DNA of 64,000 nucleotides from Acidobacteriota bacterium (lineage in GTDB: Bacteria; Acidobacteriota; UBA890; WLXD01). A program made the translations under genes and the position numbers. The notes under the pieces were generated by a model, which was not told where the DNA came from, made no database searches, and saw nothing but the letters and a program-made list of their open reading frames with translations. Below are positions 22,789-32,479 of this stretch, in pieces (the stretch's first letter is position 1; each line of letters starts with the position of its first letter). The DNA lies in NCBI GenBank assembly GCA_965248695.1, contig CBDFKD010000002.1:2144001-2208000 (forward strand), read 5' to 3'.

Positions 22789-23529
22789 ATGATTCGAACC
22801 GAGGAACGTAACGGCGTGAGACTGCTGCGCATGGAGCTCGGGAGCGGCAATGCGCTCGGACCCACAGCGGTTCAAGCGATTGCCAATGCGCTGGACGGGG
22901 AGCAGCGAGCCACCGTGATCACCGGGGAGGGCGGTATCTTCTCGGCCGGGCTCAACCTGGTCGAGGTGGGGGCCTTTACGCGTGAAGAGCTCTCGGCATT
23001 CGTCGAGGACTTCTCGGTGCTCATGACCCGTGCGTTGACTACACGGTATCCACTTGTGGCCGCCGTCAACGGCCACGCGGTGGCCGGTGGCTGCGTACTC
23101 GCCATGGCGTGCGATCGGCGCATCGGGACGCGCGGCGACTTCAAGGTCGGCATGAACGAGATAGCGATCGGTCTTACGCTACCTGCGGTGGTCACGGAGA
23201 TCCTGCGCGACAAGCTCGCTTCCGCACAAGCGCGGCGGGTCATTTTGGGGGGAGCGCTCTACGATCCCGACAAGGCCGAGCAGGTCGGTCTGCTCGATGC
23301 GGTCGCCGACAGCGCTGAGGAGGCCATCGATCGAGCTTGCGAGGTGGCCCGGGACCTCGGCAAATCGCCAGCCGAGTTCGCCGCCATGAAGGGAAGCCTG
23401 ACGGCGCCGATCATGGAGCGCTTCCAGCAAACGCGGGCCGCCCTGGACCGGCGCTTCGTGGACTCCTGGTTCGCTCCGCCCGCTACCGATCTGCGGCAGA
23501 AGATGCTCGAGCGACTACAGTCGAAGTAG
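22789..23529 (+). CDS. Enoyl-CoA hydratase/isomerase family protein
   Basis: FSAGLNL, NGHAVAGG..LAMACD and GMNE motifs. Confidence 0.9.
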   Translation: MIRTEERNGVRLLRMELGSGNALGPTAVQAIANALDGEQRATVITGEGGIFSAGLNLVEVGAFTREELSAFVEDFSVLMTRALTTRYPLVAAVNGHAVAGGCVLAMACDRRIGTRGDFKVGMNEIAIGLTLPAVVTEILRDKLASAQARRVILGGALYDPDKAEQVGLLDAVADSAEEAIDRACEVARDLGKSPAEFAAMKGSLTAPIMERFQQTRAALDRRFVDSWFAPPATDLRQKMLERLQSK

Positions 23530-23584
23530 GGTTCGCCTGCCCCCTGGCGTCGTGGTGCCGTGAGCGGTGGCTCGGTGCGACCGG

Positions 23585-24262
23585 TCAACGCCGCGGCGAG
23601 GTTGCGGGTGTCACGGCCGCCGCGCAGGCCCATACGCGGCGCGCGCCGGCGGTCCGTAGGCAGAGCGCCGCGGCGCGCATCGTCGCTCCGGTCGTGATCA
23701 CGTCGTCTACCAGCACGACCCGCCGCGGGAATCCGACGGTCCCGTAGTTCGGCGCCACCGCGAACGCACCGAGCACGTTGCGCTCACGCGCAATGACTCC
23801 GCCGCCGACCTGCGGCGCGGTCGGTCGGCGGCGCCGCAGCAACTCGCACAGTCGGGCTTGCGGCCACGCTCGCGTCATCCCCCGCGCGATCGCACGCGCC
23901 TGATTGCGCCCGCGCGCCCACTGACGCCGCCAGTGCAGTGGCATCGGAGCAACTACGACGGGAGCGGCAGAGACGGACGCTAGCCTTGGCGCGATGGCCC
24001 GCCCGAGCCGCCATCCGATCTGCGCGTAGCCATGGAACTTCAGGCTCCGGATCAGGGATCGGCATGGGCCCGCGTACTCCAGCAGCCCGAATCCCGGCAG
24101 ACCGCCGCCCAGATCGAGCCGCCCCTCGCAGCAGCGCAGCAACCCAGCACACGGTGCGCACAGGAACGGCGCCCACGGGTTGCGCAAAGCCGGCGCTCCG
24201 CAATGGTGGCAACGCGGTGGCAGCAAACCATCGGCAACCGCGCGCAAGACCCGATCCAACAT
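23585..24262 (-). CDS. comF: ComF family phosphoribosyltransferase-like protein
   Basis: Double CxxC, PLH..R..RG.NQ and LVDDVITTGAT motifs. Confidence 0.88.
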   Translation of the reverse strand: MLDRVLRAVADGLLPPRCHHCGAPALRNPWAPFLCAPCAGLLRCCEGRLDLGGGLPGFGLLEYAGPCRSLIRSLKFHGYAQIGWRLGRAIAPRLASVSAAPVVVAPMPLHWRRQWARGRNQARAIARGMTRAWPQARLCELLRRRRPTAPQVGGGVIARERNVLGAFAVAPNYGTVGFPRRVVLVDDVITTGATMRAAALCLRTAGARRVWACAAAVTPATSPRR

Positions 24263-24330
24263 GATCGGGTGAGACGGCCACGGGAGTGAACCCGGTCAGA
24301 CGATGTGCCGGCCTCGCGAGGCTCCGCCGT

Positions 24331-24687
24331 CTAGCGGCTCGCCGCTTCTATGCGCTCCTGACACTCGATGCACAACGGAGCCCACGGAATCGCCTTGAGC
24401 CGCGTCTCGTTGATCTTCTCCCCGCAGTCCTCGCAATCTCCGTAGTCGCCGTCGTCCATACGTTCCAGGGCGGCATCAATCAGCAGCAGCTGAGCGCGAT
24501 CGTTCTCGGAGAGGCTGTAGTTGAACTCCTGCGTATACAGCTCGGTCGCGGTATCCGCCAGGTCCAGCGGACCGTCTTCGCCGCTATTGCGACGCTGGGT
24601 CTCTTTGGCGCGCTTGAACGCAGCGACGAGCTCACGCCGGCGCTCGTCGAGCAAAGCGCGGAACTTCTTCTTCAGGACGGCTCTCAT
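24331..24687 (-). CDS. dksA: DksA/TraR family C4 zinc-finger protein
   Basis: DxxDxA coiled-coil tip, YGDCEDC..RL.AIP..LCIEC. Confidence 0.88.
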   Translation of the reverse strand: MRAVLKKKFRALLDERRRELVAAFKRAKETQRRNSGEDGPLDLADTATELYTQEFNYSLSENDRAQLLLIDAALERMDDGDYGDCEDCGEKINETRLKAIPWAPLCIECQERIEAASR

Positions 24688-24715
24688 GACTGGGTGATCC
24701 TGCTCCCTGAGATCC

Positions 24716-25195
24716 CTAACGATCGTACGGGTGGCCGTGAATGATCGTCATGGCGCGATAGACCTGCTCCGCCAACAAAAGCCGGGCCATGTCGTGCGGG
24801 AGCGTCATCCGCGAGAGGCTGACCACCCGGTCCGCCCGTTCGCGGACCGTAGAGGATAATCCATCAGGCCCGCCGACAACAAACACCACCGATCGCGCAT
24901 CCTCGAAGCACTGACGTTGGACCATTCGGGCGAACTCACGCGATGTCGTAGGCGCCCCGTCCGCCCCCAGCACCGCCACCCAGGCGGGCTCCAGCTGGCG
25001 GATATGCGACAGCACCCCGCGGCCCTCGCGCTCCAGCCGGTGCGATTTGGAGTAACGACCATCACGGCGCTCTTCGGCAACCGCCACGACGCAGCAGTCA
25101 CGATAGCGCTGAATCCGGCCGACATAGTCGGCCACCCCTTCAACCGCGTACGCGGCCTTGGTCTTGCCGACGCAGCAGAAGGAGAGTGCGCTCAC
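24716..25195 (-). CDS. rlmH: 23S rRNA pseudouridine-1915 N3-methyltransferase
   Basis: GGPDGL, SLS.MTLPH and EQVYRA..HPY motifs. Confidence 0.95.
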   Translation of the reverse strand: MSALSFCCVGKTKAAYAVEGVADYVGRIQRYRDCCVVAVAEERRDGRYSKSHRLEREGRGVLSHIRQLEPAWVAVLGADGAPTTSREFARMVQRQCFEDARSVVFVVGGPDGLSSTVRERADRVVSLSRMTLPHDMARLLLAEQVYRAMTIIHGHPYDR

Positions 25196-25593
25196 GCCTC
25201 TTCGGCCGGCTCACCGGGTACCCACTCCAGCAGCGGCGCATCGCGCCAGAGTCGCTCGAGTTGATAGAAATCACGCGTCGCCGGGGTGAAGACGTGCACG
25301 ATCAGATCGATGTAGTCGAGCAGGACCCACGTCGCCTCCGAGCGACCTTCTATGTGGTTCGGCTTGACGCCCTGGTCACGGAGGCACTCCGCCACCGCAT
25401 CGCCGAGCGCCTGGACGTGTCGCTCGCTTCGACCGCCGGTGATGATCATGTAGTCCGTGAAGCTCGCGGTCTGACGCATGTCGAGCACGACGCTACGCTC
25501 GGCTTTGTGCTCGTCGAGTGCCGCAAGGGCGGATGTGACCTCCGCCGGCATTGCCTTCTCGAACTGTCCGTTTTGCGACTCCGATGCGGGCAT
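25192..25593 (-). CDS. rsfS: Ribosome silencing factor
   Basis: WVLLDY.D.IVHVF..R.FY.LERLW motif. Confidence 0.95.
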   Translation of the reverse strand: MPASESQNGQFEKAMPAEVTSALAALDEHKAERSVVLDMRQTASFTDYMIITGGRSERHVQALGDAVAECLRDQGVKPNHIEGRSEATWVLLDYIDLIVHVFTPATRDFYQLERLWRDAPLLEWVPGEPAEEA

Positions 25594-26285
25594 CAGTGAC
25601 CTGTCACCGCCTCGGCGGTCACCGCGCTGGCGACGTAGAGCTCGTGAGTCTGGATGTAGCGTTCGACCTCGCTGGTGACTCGGTAGCGAATGCTGTCGCC
25701 CGCCTGCACCCGACGCCGGATTTCGGTCGACGACAGATCGAAGTGGACCGCATCCGATAGATAGATGCGCAGATCGGTCGTGTCGGTATCGGCTTGCGCA
25801 TCGTCGCGCGTATCGACCAGACGGCTATGCGCTGCCTCGGGCAGCACCTCCCGCACGCGCTCGAAGCTGTTGTTGGGGCGTGACACGACGATGAAGCTGC
25901 AGGCCTCGAGCAGAGCTGCGTTCTCCTTCCACGTCTCGATCTGCAGAAAGGAATCCAATCCGGCGACGAAGAACAGGCGAACGTCCGGGCCGAGCTCATC
26001 GGCGAGCGTGCGGACAGTGTCGCAGCTGTAGCTCTTGCCAGGCCGATTGACCTCGAGCGCGGAGGGCGAGAACGCCGGGTTCTGCAGCGTCGCCGCTACT
26101 ACCATCGCGTAGCGATGCGTTGCTGGAGTCAGATCCGGGCGTTCCTTGTGCGGTGGCTCGTTGCAGGGCACGAACAACACCTCGTCGAGCGCGAACTGTT
26201 CGCGCATCGTCTCGGCAAGAAGCAGATGACCGAGATGCGGCGGGTCGAATGTGCCGCCGAAGACGCCCACGCGCCGTTGGTTCAA
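25593..26285 (-). CDS. nadD: Nicotinate-nucleotide adenylyltransferase
   Basis: GGTFDPPHLGH, PPHK and SSTEIR motifs; TTG start overlaps the obgE stop. Confidence 0.95.
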   Translation of the reverse strand: MNQRRVGVFGGTFDPPHLGHLLLAETMREQFALDEVLFVPCNEPPHKERPDLTPATHRYAMVVAATLQNPAFSPSALEVNRPGKSYSCDTVRTLADELGPDVRLFFVAGLDSFLQIETWKENAALLEACSFIVVSRPNNSFERVREVLPEAAHSRLVDTRDDAQADTDTTDLRIYLSDAVHFDLSSTEIRRRVQAGDSIRYRVTSEVERYIQTHELYVASAVTAEAVTGH

Positions 26286-27337
26286 TCGTCTTCCCTCCTG
26301 TCGACCGCGTCCGACGCGGCAACCACGTCTCCGTTGTCCTCCGCCACGCCAGCCGTCTGCAGACAGATCCAATCGACGAGCGCTTCGAGCCCCGTCGCGT
26401 CGGCGGCGGAAACCTCACAGTAGGCGATCTCCTCGTCTTCGGCGAGCTGTCGAAGCGCCGCAAGGCGCTCCGGCGGGGGTTCGAGGTCGATCTTGTTGGC
26501 AACCAGCACGCGCGGACGATCGAGCAGCTCCTCGCGATACAGCCGCAGCTCGTCACACAGCTCGCCGTAGTGATCGGCCGGCGCACCGTCCGCGCTTGCC
26601 GCATCGACGAGCACGGCCAGCGCCCGGGTGCGCTCGATATGGCGTAAGAAAGTCAGCCCGAGCCCCTCGCCGCGGTGGGCGCCGCTGATCAGGCCCGGAA
26701 CATCGGCAATCACGACGCGATTCCATTCACCGGTATCGAGCACACCAAGGTTGGGCTCGAGCGTGGTAAAGGGATACGCGCCCACCTTCCCCTGTGATCC
26801 GGTCAGCGAGCGCAGCAGCGTCGTCTTGCCGGCGTTGGGGCGCCCGATCAGGCCGATCGCAGCAATGAGCTTGAGCTCGAGGCGCAGGGTGCGGCGCTCC
26901 CCCGGCGATCCGGGATGGGCGAAACGCGGCGCCTGTCTGACAGCGTTGGCGAAGCGGGCGTTGCCGCGGCCTCCGCGACCTCCGCAGGCGACGCGAAACC
27001 GCTGCTCGGGCCGGTCGAGATCGATGAGCAGCTCGTCGCTGGAGTCGTCGTAGATTTCTGTTCCCGGTGGCAGGGGAATCTCGATGGGATCTCCACCGCG
27101 ACCATGCTTGTTGCTGCCGCGGCCGTGGGTTCCCGATCGCGACTTGAACAGTTGGCCCCGACGCAGATGGCCCAGGTGGTTGTAGCCGTCGTCGCAGACG
27201 AGCCACACGTCGCCGCCGTCGCCGCCGTCGCCACCGTTGGGGCCGCCGTATGGAACGTATTTCTCGCGACGGAACGACACGCACCCCCGACCGCCGTCAC
27301 CGGATTGGATACGAATGCGGACGAGGTCACGAAACAT
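26282..27337 (-). CDS. obgE: Obg family GTPase
   Basis: Gly-rich Obg fold, GRPNAGKTT, YPFTT, DVPG and NKID motifs. Confidence 0.97.
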   Translation of the reverse strand: MFRDLVRIRIQSGDGGRGCVSFRREKYVPYGGPNGGDGGDGGDVWLVCDDGYNHLGHLRRGQLFKSRSGTHGRGSNKHGRGGDPIEIPLPPGTEIYDDSSDELLIDLDRPEQRFRVACGGRGGRGNARFANAVRQAPRFAHPGSPGERRTLRLELKLIAAIGLIGRPNAGKTTLLRSLTGSQGKVGAYPFTTLEPNLGVLDTGEWNRVVIADVPGLISGAHRGEGLGLTFLRHIERTRALAVLVDAASADGAPADHYGELCDELRLYREELLDRPRVLVANKIDLEPPPERLAALRQLAEDEEIAYCEVSAADATGLEALVDWICLQTAGVAEDNGDVVAASDAVDRREDD

Positions 27338-27412
27338 CGGGCTACCACCGGTGTCTGCAGCAGAACACCCGCGTTACCGATCGAGGCGTAAGCGTACGTC
27401 GGCCTCGGCGGC

Positions 27413-27670
27413 TCAGGCCTCGGGGAGGACCGAAATGAACTTCCCTCGATGGCCTTTGTTCTGGAACTTGACGTAGCCATCGGCGGTCGCGAAGAGCGTG
27501 TCGTCGCGCCCGCGCCCGACGTTGAGGCCGGGCTTGAACGGTGTTCCGCGCTGCCGAATGAGAATCGATCCTCCGGTGACGAACTGCCCACCGAACCGCT
27601 TTACCCCGAGTCGCTGAGCATTGCTGTCGCGACCGTTTCGGCTGCTCCCCTGACCTTTCTTGTGCGCCAT
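27413..27670 (-). CDS. rpmA: 50S ribosomal protein L27
   Basis: [17 protein letters not shown]-terminus. Confidence 0.98.
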   Translation of the reverse strand: MAHKKGQGSSRNGRDSNAQRLGVKRFGGQFVTGGSILIRQRGTPFKPGLNVGRGRDDTLFATADGYVKFQNKGHRGKFISVLPEA

Positions 27671-27674
27671 CTGC

Positions 27675-28478
27675 CTATCCCTCTCGTCCGCCTGCCAGTC
27701 GATCCTGGAGCTCCTTGAGCTCGTCCCAGCGCTCCTCGGCGGCTAGAGCGGCCTGCTGGGGCCAGGTCGTCGGATCGTGCGACCGGAGGCGACCGCCGGC
27801 CGTTTCGAGGATCCCACGCAAAGCTGCCTCGTCGGCAGCAGCGAGCGCGGCGAACGTGGGGATTCCAGCGTCCTTCAGGACGCTCTCGATCTTCGGGCCG
27901 ATGCCTTCGATTCGCTTCAGGTTGTCGTCGCCGGTGACCGCCGCTGCGCGCTTCTTGACAGCGGCTTTCTTCGGCGCCGCCTTGGCGGCGGGCTTCTTGC
28001 CAGCGGCGTTCTTTGGCGCCGCCTTGGCCGCGGGCTTCGCGGGCGCCGCTAGTTTCGCGGCATCCTTGGGAGTCTCTTTCTTCGCCGACGCCTTCTTCGG
28101 GGCTTCTCCGCTCGCCGCCGCCTTCTTCGCCGCCGGTTTCTTGCCAGCCGGCTTCTTGGCGCCACTCGGCGCCACGATATCGTCGATCTGCAACGCCGTA
28201 TAAGCCTGCCGATGACCGATCTTGCGACGGTAGCCCTTACGGCGCTTTTTCTTGAACGCCAGGATCTTCTGGCCGCGACCGACCTCCACCACCGTCGCTT
28301 CGACGCTGGCACCGTCGACTACCGGAGTACCGACGTGCACCTGATCATCCGCAGCCACCAGCCTGACGGTGTCGATCGATACCTTGGCGCCGACATCGTC
28401 GCCGAGAAGCTCGACGCGCACGACGTCACCCTTGGCTACCCGGTACTGCTTTCCACCTGTGCTGATGACGGCGTACAT
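27675..28478 (-). CDS. rplU: 50S ribosomal protein L21 with Lys/Ala linker and helix-hairpin-helix extension
   Basis: [12 protein letters not shown] and GHRQ.YT; C-terminal [13 protein letters not shown]. Confidence 0.95.
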   Translation of the reverse strand: MYAVISTGGKQYRVAKGDVVRVELLGDDVGAKVSIDTVRLVAADDQVHVGTPVVDGASVEATVVEVGRGQKILAFKKKRRKGYRRKIGHRQAYTALQIDDIVAPSGAKKPAGKKPAAKKAAASGEAPKKASAKKETPKDAAKLAAPAKPAAKAAPKNAAGKKPAAKAAPKKAAVKKRAAAVTGDDNLKRIEGIGPKIESVLKDAGIPTFAALAAADEAALRGILETAGGRLRSHDPTTWPQQAALAAEERWDELKELQDRLAGGREG

Positions 28479-28621
28479 CTGACCAATCCGATGGTTGGAG
28501 CTGCGAAGATCCTGGGCTAGCGGGCGGCCGGGAAGCGCTCGCGGGGGCACGCCGGCCCGCCAGGAACGCGAGCCGCCCCGACGAGACTGCGGGCGCGCCT
28601 GCTAGTGAGGCGCGAGGGCCC

Positions 28622-28651
28622 ATTGTAGGGCGAGTCTCGGTTGGCGGGCAA
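28622..28651 (-). promoter_or_regulatory. Sigma70-type promoter for the rplU-rpmA-obgE operon
   Basis: TTGCCC-18 nt-TACAAT on the minus strand. Confidence 0.5.
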
Positions 28652-28659
28652 GCCGCTCG

Positions 28660-28685
28660 CCCGTGCTCCTGATCCTGAGCACGGG
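28660..28685 (-). terminator. Hairpin just downstream of the Omp85 operon
   Basis: CCCGTGCTC-8 nt-GAGCACGGG perfect 9-bp stem; no U-tract. Confidence 0.3.
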
Positions 28686-28692
28686 ACGGATG

Positions 28693-29490
28693 TTATTCCT
28701 CCTCTCCTCCCATGAAGAGTCCTTCCAGCGTGCGCTCGCGCGCCTCGAGCCGCTCGAAGTGACGGTTCAGCTCGCTGATCTGGTCCTGGAGAAAGTCCAT
28801 GTCGATGCGCGCGTATGAGAGCTCGTACACGAGGTTGTGCAGTAAGTGCAGCTGCGTCTCGTGACGACCCTCTAGCTGGCCGGTCATATCCGACATGTGA
28901 TCACCGGCCCAGTCGGCAGTGCGATCGATCCGCTGATCGGCTGTCTTCAGGAGGCGCGCCTCCTGAAGACCGAATGCCGTCCGCCCGGCCTGCTGCAGCT
29001 CGTGCAGTTTTTCCGTCAGCCTCCGGTCTTCCTGCCGCATCTCCTCGAGTAACTGCACGAGCACGTGCTCGAGGTTGCTCGAGCTACGAAACAAGGGCCG
29101 AAGCAAGCGGCGGAAGAGACCCAGAAGGCGGCCCTTCAACCCCGGGCTCGACGATGTGTACAGATCGCGCGCCGGGTTGATGTCTGCCAGCGACGCCCCC
29201 TCGAAGTCGACGAATGCCGCTGACGGCGGCTCACCGGCGGGCGATCGGTGCGGCACCGAGCCCGGTGGCGGCGCGATCGGCGGCAGCTTGCCGCGCACCT
29301 GCGGCATCTCCTCGAGCACGCCGTACGACATGTGGTGACGCTCGATACGCGGCCGCAGAGTAGCGCGGCGCAGCACCTCCAGGTCGCCCTCGGTATAGCG
29401 TGTGCCGGTCTTCTCGGCGATCCGCGCCTCGACCTGGGCTTCGAGCGCCGCTACGTCGATGTCGGGATCATCGATCCTGAAGCGACCCAA
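28693..29490 (-). CDS. Hypothetical coiled-coil protein with amphipathic basic helix
   Basis: Co-oriented 16 nt after the Omp85 gene, GGAGG RBS, heptad-rich C-terminal half. Confidence 0.7.
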   Translation of the reverse strand: MGRFRIDDPDIDVAALEAQVEARIAEKTGTRYTEGDLEVLRRATLRPRIERHHMSYGVLEEMPQVRGKLPPIAPPPGSVPHRSPAGEPPSAAFVDFEGASLADINPARDLYTSSSPGLKGRLLGLFRRLLRPLFRSSSNLEHVLVQLLEEMRQEDRRLTEKLHELQQAGRTAFGLQEARLLKTADQRIDRTADWAGDHMSDMTGQLEGRHETQLHLLHNLVYELSYARIDMDFLQDQISELNRHFERLEARERTLEGLFMGGEEE

Positions 29491-29505
29491 GCCTGCCTCC
29501 GCCGG

Positions 29506-32460
29506 TCAGAACAGCGGACCGAGGTAGAACTGGAAGTCGGGGCCGCCGAACAAATCCTTGCCGTTGGTGCGCTGGGCCCAGAAGAACCACAACGGTAGGC
29601 CCATCAGGTTGATGTTGAGCCCGACTCCGACCGAGCCGCGTGCATCGGCGAGCCGGCCGTCTTCAACAAGCCGGAACTCGTCGCCTTTGAACCACGCACC
29701 GCCGACGTCCGCGAACAGCACACCGCGGATATTGCGTATGGCCATCTGTCCGGCGCGTGCCTCGAAGATCAGCGGGAAGCGGTACTCGAGGTTCATCAAG
29801 AAAGCGCGGTTACCGGAGAAACGCAGATAGTCGTAGCCGCGCAGCTGGTTCAGCCCACCGACGAAAAACACCGTCGGGTGATCGCCGAAGCTGCCGGATC
29901 CCCAAAGCCGTACCGCCAGCTGGCTGTCCTTGGTGATCTGGAAGTACTGCCGGATGTCGATCTCGGCGTTGTAGAACCTCAGACTCCCGACCGCCGGAGA
30001 GGTCTCGAACCCCAGGCTCACCCGTCGGCCAGCGTACGGGCCGTACTCCTTGAACCGGGCCTTGTCGCCGATGATCTTGACACCGATCGGCATGTAGCTG
30101 CCGCTGTGGAAGTTGTCGGCGAACGTCGACAGTGTTCCGCCGGTGCCCTCGAGGATGAACGCCGACGGGATGTAGTCGCGGTCGTAGTAGCCGACCGAGA
30201 ACTCCGCCCGCCAGTCGCGACTGAACGGATAGTCGGCGAACAGCTCGCCACCGTCCAGCCCGAAGATGGAGTTGCGGTCGAGCGAGCCGTTCGTCGGGTC
30301 GAAGGTGAAGAAGAACGACCGTTGGCTGGTCGCCAGAGCGCCCCAGTTCCAGCGCTTCGACTGGTTTCGGTAGACGGCGGTGTAGTTGCGCTGGCTCTGG
30401 ACCGAGCCCAGGATCGCCGTGATGCTGTGGTTGCCCAGCAGATCCTGCATCTCGATGAACGTATTGGCCAGCACGGTGCCGCCGGCGAGTCCGCTGGAAT
30501 ATCCACCGGCGACCTGGATGTTGGAGATGTGCCAGCCACCGCCGGTGGACTGGGTGCGATTCTGATCGCTGAGCTCGACATCGGCGATGGCTGCCGCCTC
30601 CATCTCCAGCCGATCGATCTCTTCGTCCGGGAGCGCCTCGTCGATAGCGACGAACTGCTCCACCGCCTCAGGCAAGTCCATCGTGTAGAGCTCGTACGTC
30701 CCGTCGCCGTAGTTGCTGAACAGGAGCTGGTTGGTGTTCGGCAGCTCCTGCGGGAAGAACGTGCCGTGCAGGATGTTGGTGTAGCGGTAGACCGTTTCGC
30801 TCGCCAGCTCGATCGAATAGAGGTTGTGCTCGCCGGTTCGATCAGAGACGTAGTAGACGCGCGAGCCATCGGCCGAGAAGCTCGGCTGGGTGTCGTTGTA
30901 GCGACCGAACGTCAGCTGCACGCGTTCCTGCGGCCGCGCCAGGTCGATACGGAAGAGCTTCTTGGCGCCCAGCACATGCGAAGCGAACACGATGCTGCGA
31001 ACGTCCGGCGACCAGACCGGAGCGTAGTCGTAGAACTCGTCCTGGGTAAGATTCGACAGCGTGTCGTTGGACGGGTCGTAGAGATAGATGTCGCGTACAC
31101 CGTTGCGGTGCGCTCCGAACACTACCCGCCCGTCAGGCGCGATGCTCGGTGAGAGCGCCTGGTCGAGGTCGGTCTTGAACTTTTTTCGCACGCTACCGTT
31201 TTGGGCATCGAGCATGAAGAGCGTTCGCGTCGGCGGAGTGCGGGCGAAGAAGGCAATCGTGCTGCCGTCGGGCGACCACGACAGATCGTTGCCCGCCTGA
31301 AAACCGACCGTCACTCCCTGACCGACGATGTACTCGAACTCGCCCTGCCGACCTCCGGTCAGATTGCGAATCGGCCGCCCGGACTCCAGGTCGAACGTGA
31401 AGGCCTCGATCTGCAGCGTTTTCTTGTTGAGGGTGATCGCGGCGAAGCTGTCGCCGTCCGGTGAAACGACGGGGCTAAACACCAGCTGTCGATCCTGAAA
31501 CGGCACGTCACGCATGACGTTGCGCCCGAAGTCCGGCGCCTCCTGGCGGTCCAGGACGTTGGGCAAGTAGCGCTCGCGCAGCCAGCCGCGAAAGTCGTTG
31601 TTGAACTCCGACGGCGTGACGTTGAAGGCACGCTCGAGATCGCGCTCGACGTCCTGCCCGAGATCGCGTCGCACCTCGGCGAGGAAGATGCGCAGGCCCT
31701 CATCGCCGTATTCCTCCTCGATGTACTGCCACACGACCTCGCCGAGCACGTAGTCGACGAAGAAGCTGCGGTTGTGGGTCATCTGGACCAGTGTCGGAAT
31801 GTCATCCGAGAGAACGACATCGCGCAGCATCATCTCGTCCAGCGACGTCAGGTCGTCGGACATGTACTCGGCGAAGCCCTCCATCACCCAGCCCGGAGGC
31901 TGAGCTCGCATCGCCGCGCCGAGACGGTTGCCGAAGAAGTAGTCGAACTCAAACAGGTGCGTGACCTCGTGGATGATGAGCTTGTGCAGCTTGTCCGGCG
32001 GATCGTCAACCGGGAGCACCAGCCGGTTCTCGGTCGGTGTCGCGAACGCCGCCACACCCTCCGGCAGGAAGAACGGCAGGATGTGCGTCTGCTCGAAGTC
32101 CTGGTGGGTCTGATAAAAGATGATCGGCATGCGCTCCGACAGCTGGTGGTTGAGCTTGCGCGCGACGCGCTGGTACGCATCCTCGGCAAACGCCACCACG
32201 TCGTCGAGATGCTGCTCTTCCTCCGGGTAGTAATAGACGTCGAAATGCGGCGCCGTGTACTTCCAGAAATCGAACGACTCGTAGGTGACCTTGTTCCTAC
32301 CGAAGTAGCTGCTGTAGGGCGTGTTGATCATCTGCCCGGCAGCCTGTGGAGCGAGCGTGACCAAGAGCCCGAGGGCGATCACCACGATGAGTCTGGTGCG
32401 CGCAACGGTCAGCGGCGCAGCGCTCGAGAGAACCTGGACTAGGGCTTTTTGAGTGGGCAT
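29506..32460 (-). CDS. Omp85/BamA-TamA family barrel fused to a gluzincin peptidase domain and TolB-like PD40 propeller
   Basis: Signal peptide; HEVTH and EGFAEY; repeated P.WSPDG blades; barrel LRGY motif and C-terminal FQFYLGPLF. Confidence 0.85.
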   Translation of the reverse strand: MPTQKALVQVLSSAAPLTVARTRLIVVIALGLLVTLAPQAAGQMINTPYSSYFGRNKVTYESFDFWKYTAPHFDVYYYPEEEQHLDDVVAFAEDAYQRVARKLNHQLSERMPIIFYQTHQDFEQTHILPFFLPEGVAAFATPTENRLVLPVDDPPDKLHKLIIHEVTHLFEFDYFFGNRLGAAMRAQPPGWVMEGFAEYMSDDLTSLDEMMLRDVVLSDDIPTLVQMTHNRSFFVDYVLGEVVWQYIEEEYGDEGLRIFLAEVRRDLGQDVERDLERAFNVTPSEFNNDFRGWLRERYLPNVLDRQEAPDFGRNVMRDVPFQDRQLVFSPVVSPDGDSFAAITLNKKTLQIEAFTFDLESGRPIRNLTGGRQGEFEYIVGQGVTVGFQAGNDLSWSPDGSTIAFFARTPPTRTLFMLDAQNGSVRKKFKTDLDQALSPSIAPDGRVVFGAHRNGVRDIYLYDPSNDTLSNLTQDEFYDYAPVWSPDVRSIVFASHVLGAKKLFRIDLARPQERVQLTFGRYNDTQPSFSADGSRVYYVSDRTGEHNLYSIELASETVYRYTNILHGTFFPQELPNTNQLLFSNYGDGTYELYTMDLPEAVEQFVAIDEALPDEEIDRLEMEAAAIADVELSDQNRTQSTGGGWHISNIQVAGGYSSGLAGGTVLANTFIEMQDLLGNHSITAILGSVQSQRNYTAVYRNQSKRWNWGALATSQRSFFFTFDPTNGSLDRNSIFGLDGGELFADYPFSRDWRAEFSVGYYDRDYIPSAFILEGTGGTLSTFADNFHSGSYMPIGVKIIGDKARFKEYGPYAGRRVSLGFETSPAVGSLRFYNAEIDIRQYFQITKDSQLAVRLWGSGSFGDHPTVFFVGGLNQLRGYDYLRFSGNRAFLMNLEYRFPLIFEARAGQMAIRNIRGVLFADVGGAWFKGDEFRLVEDGRLADARGSVGVGLNINLMGLPLWFFWAQRTNGKDLFGGPDFQFYLGPLF

Positions 32461-32479
32461 GGGCGGAGCCTCCCTGGGC

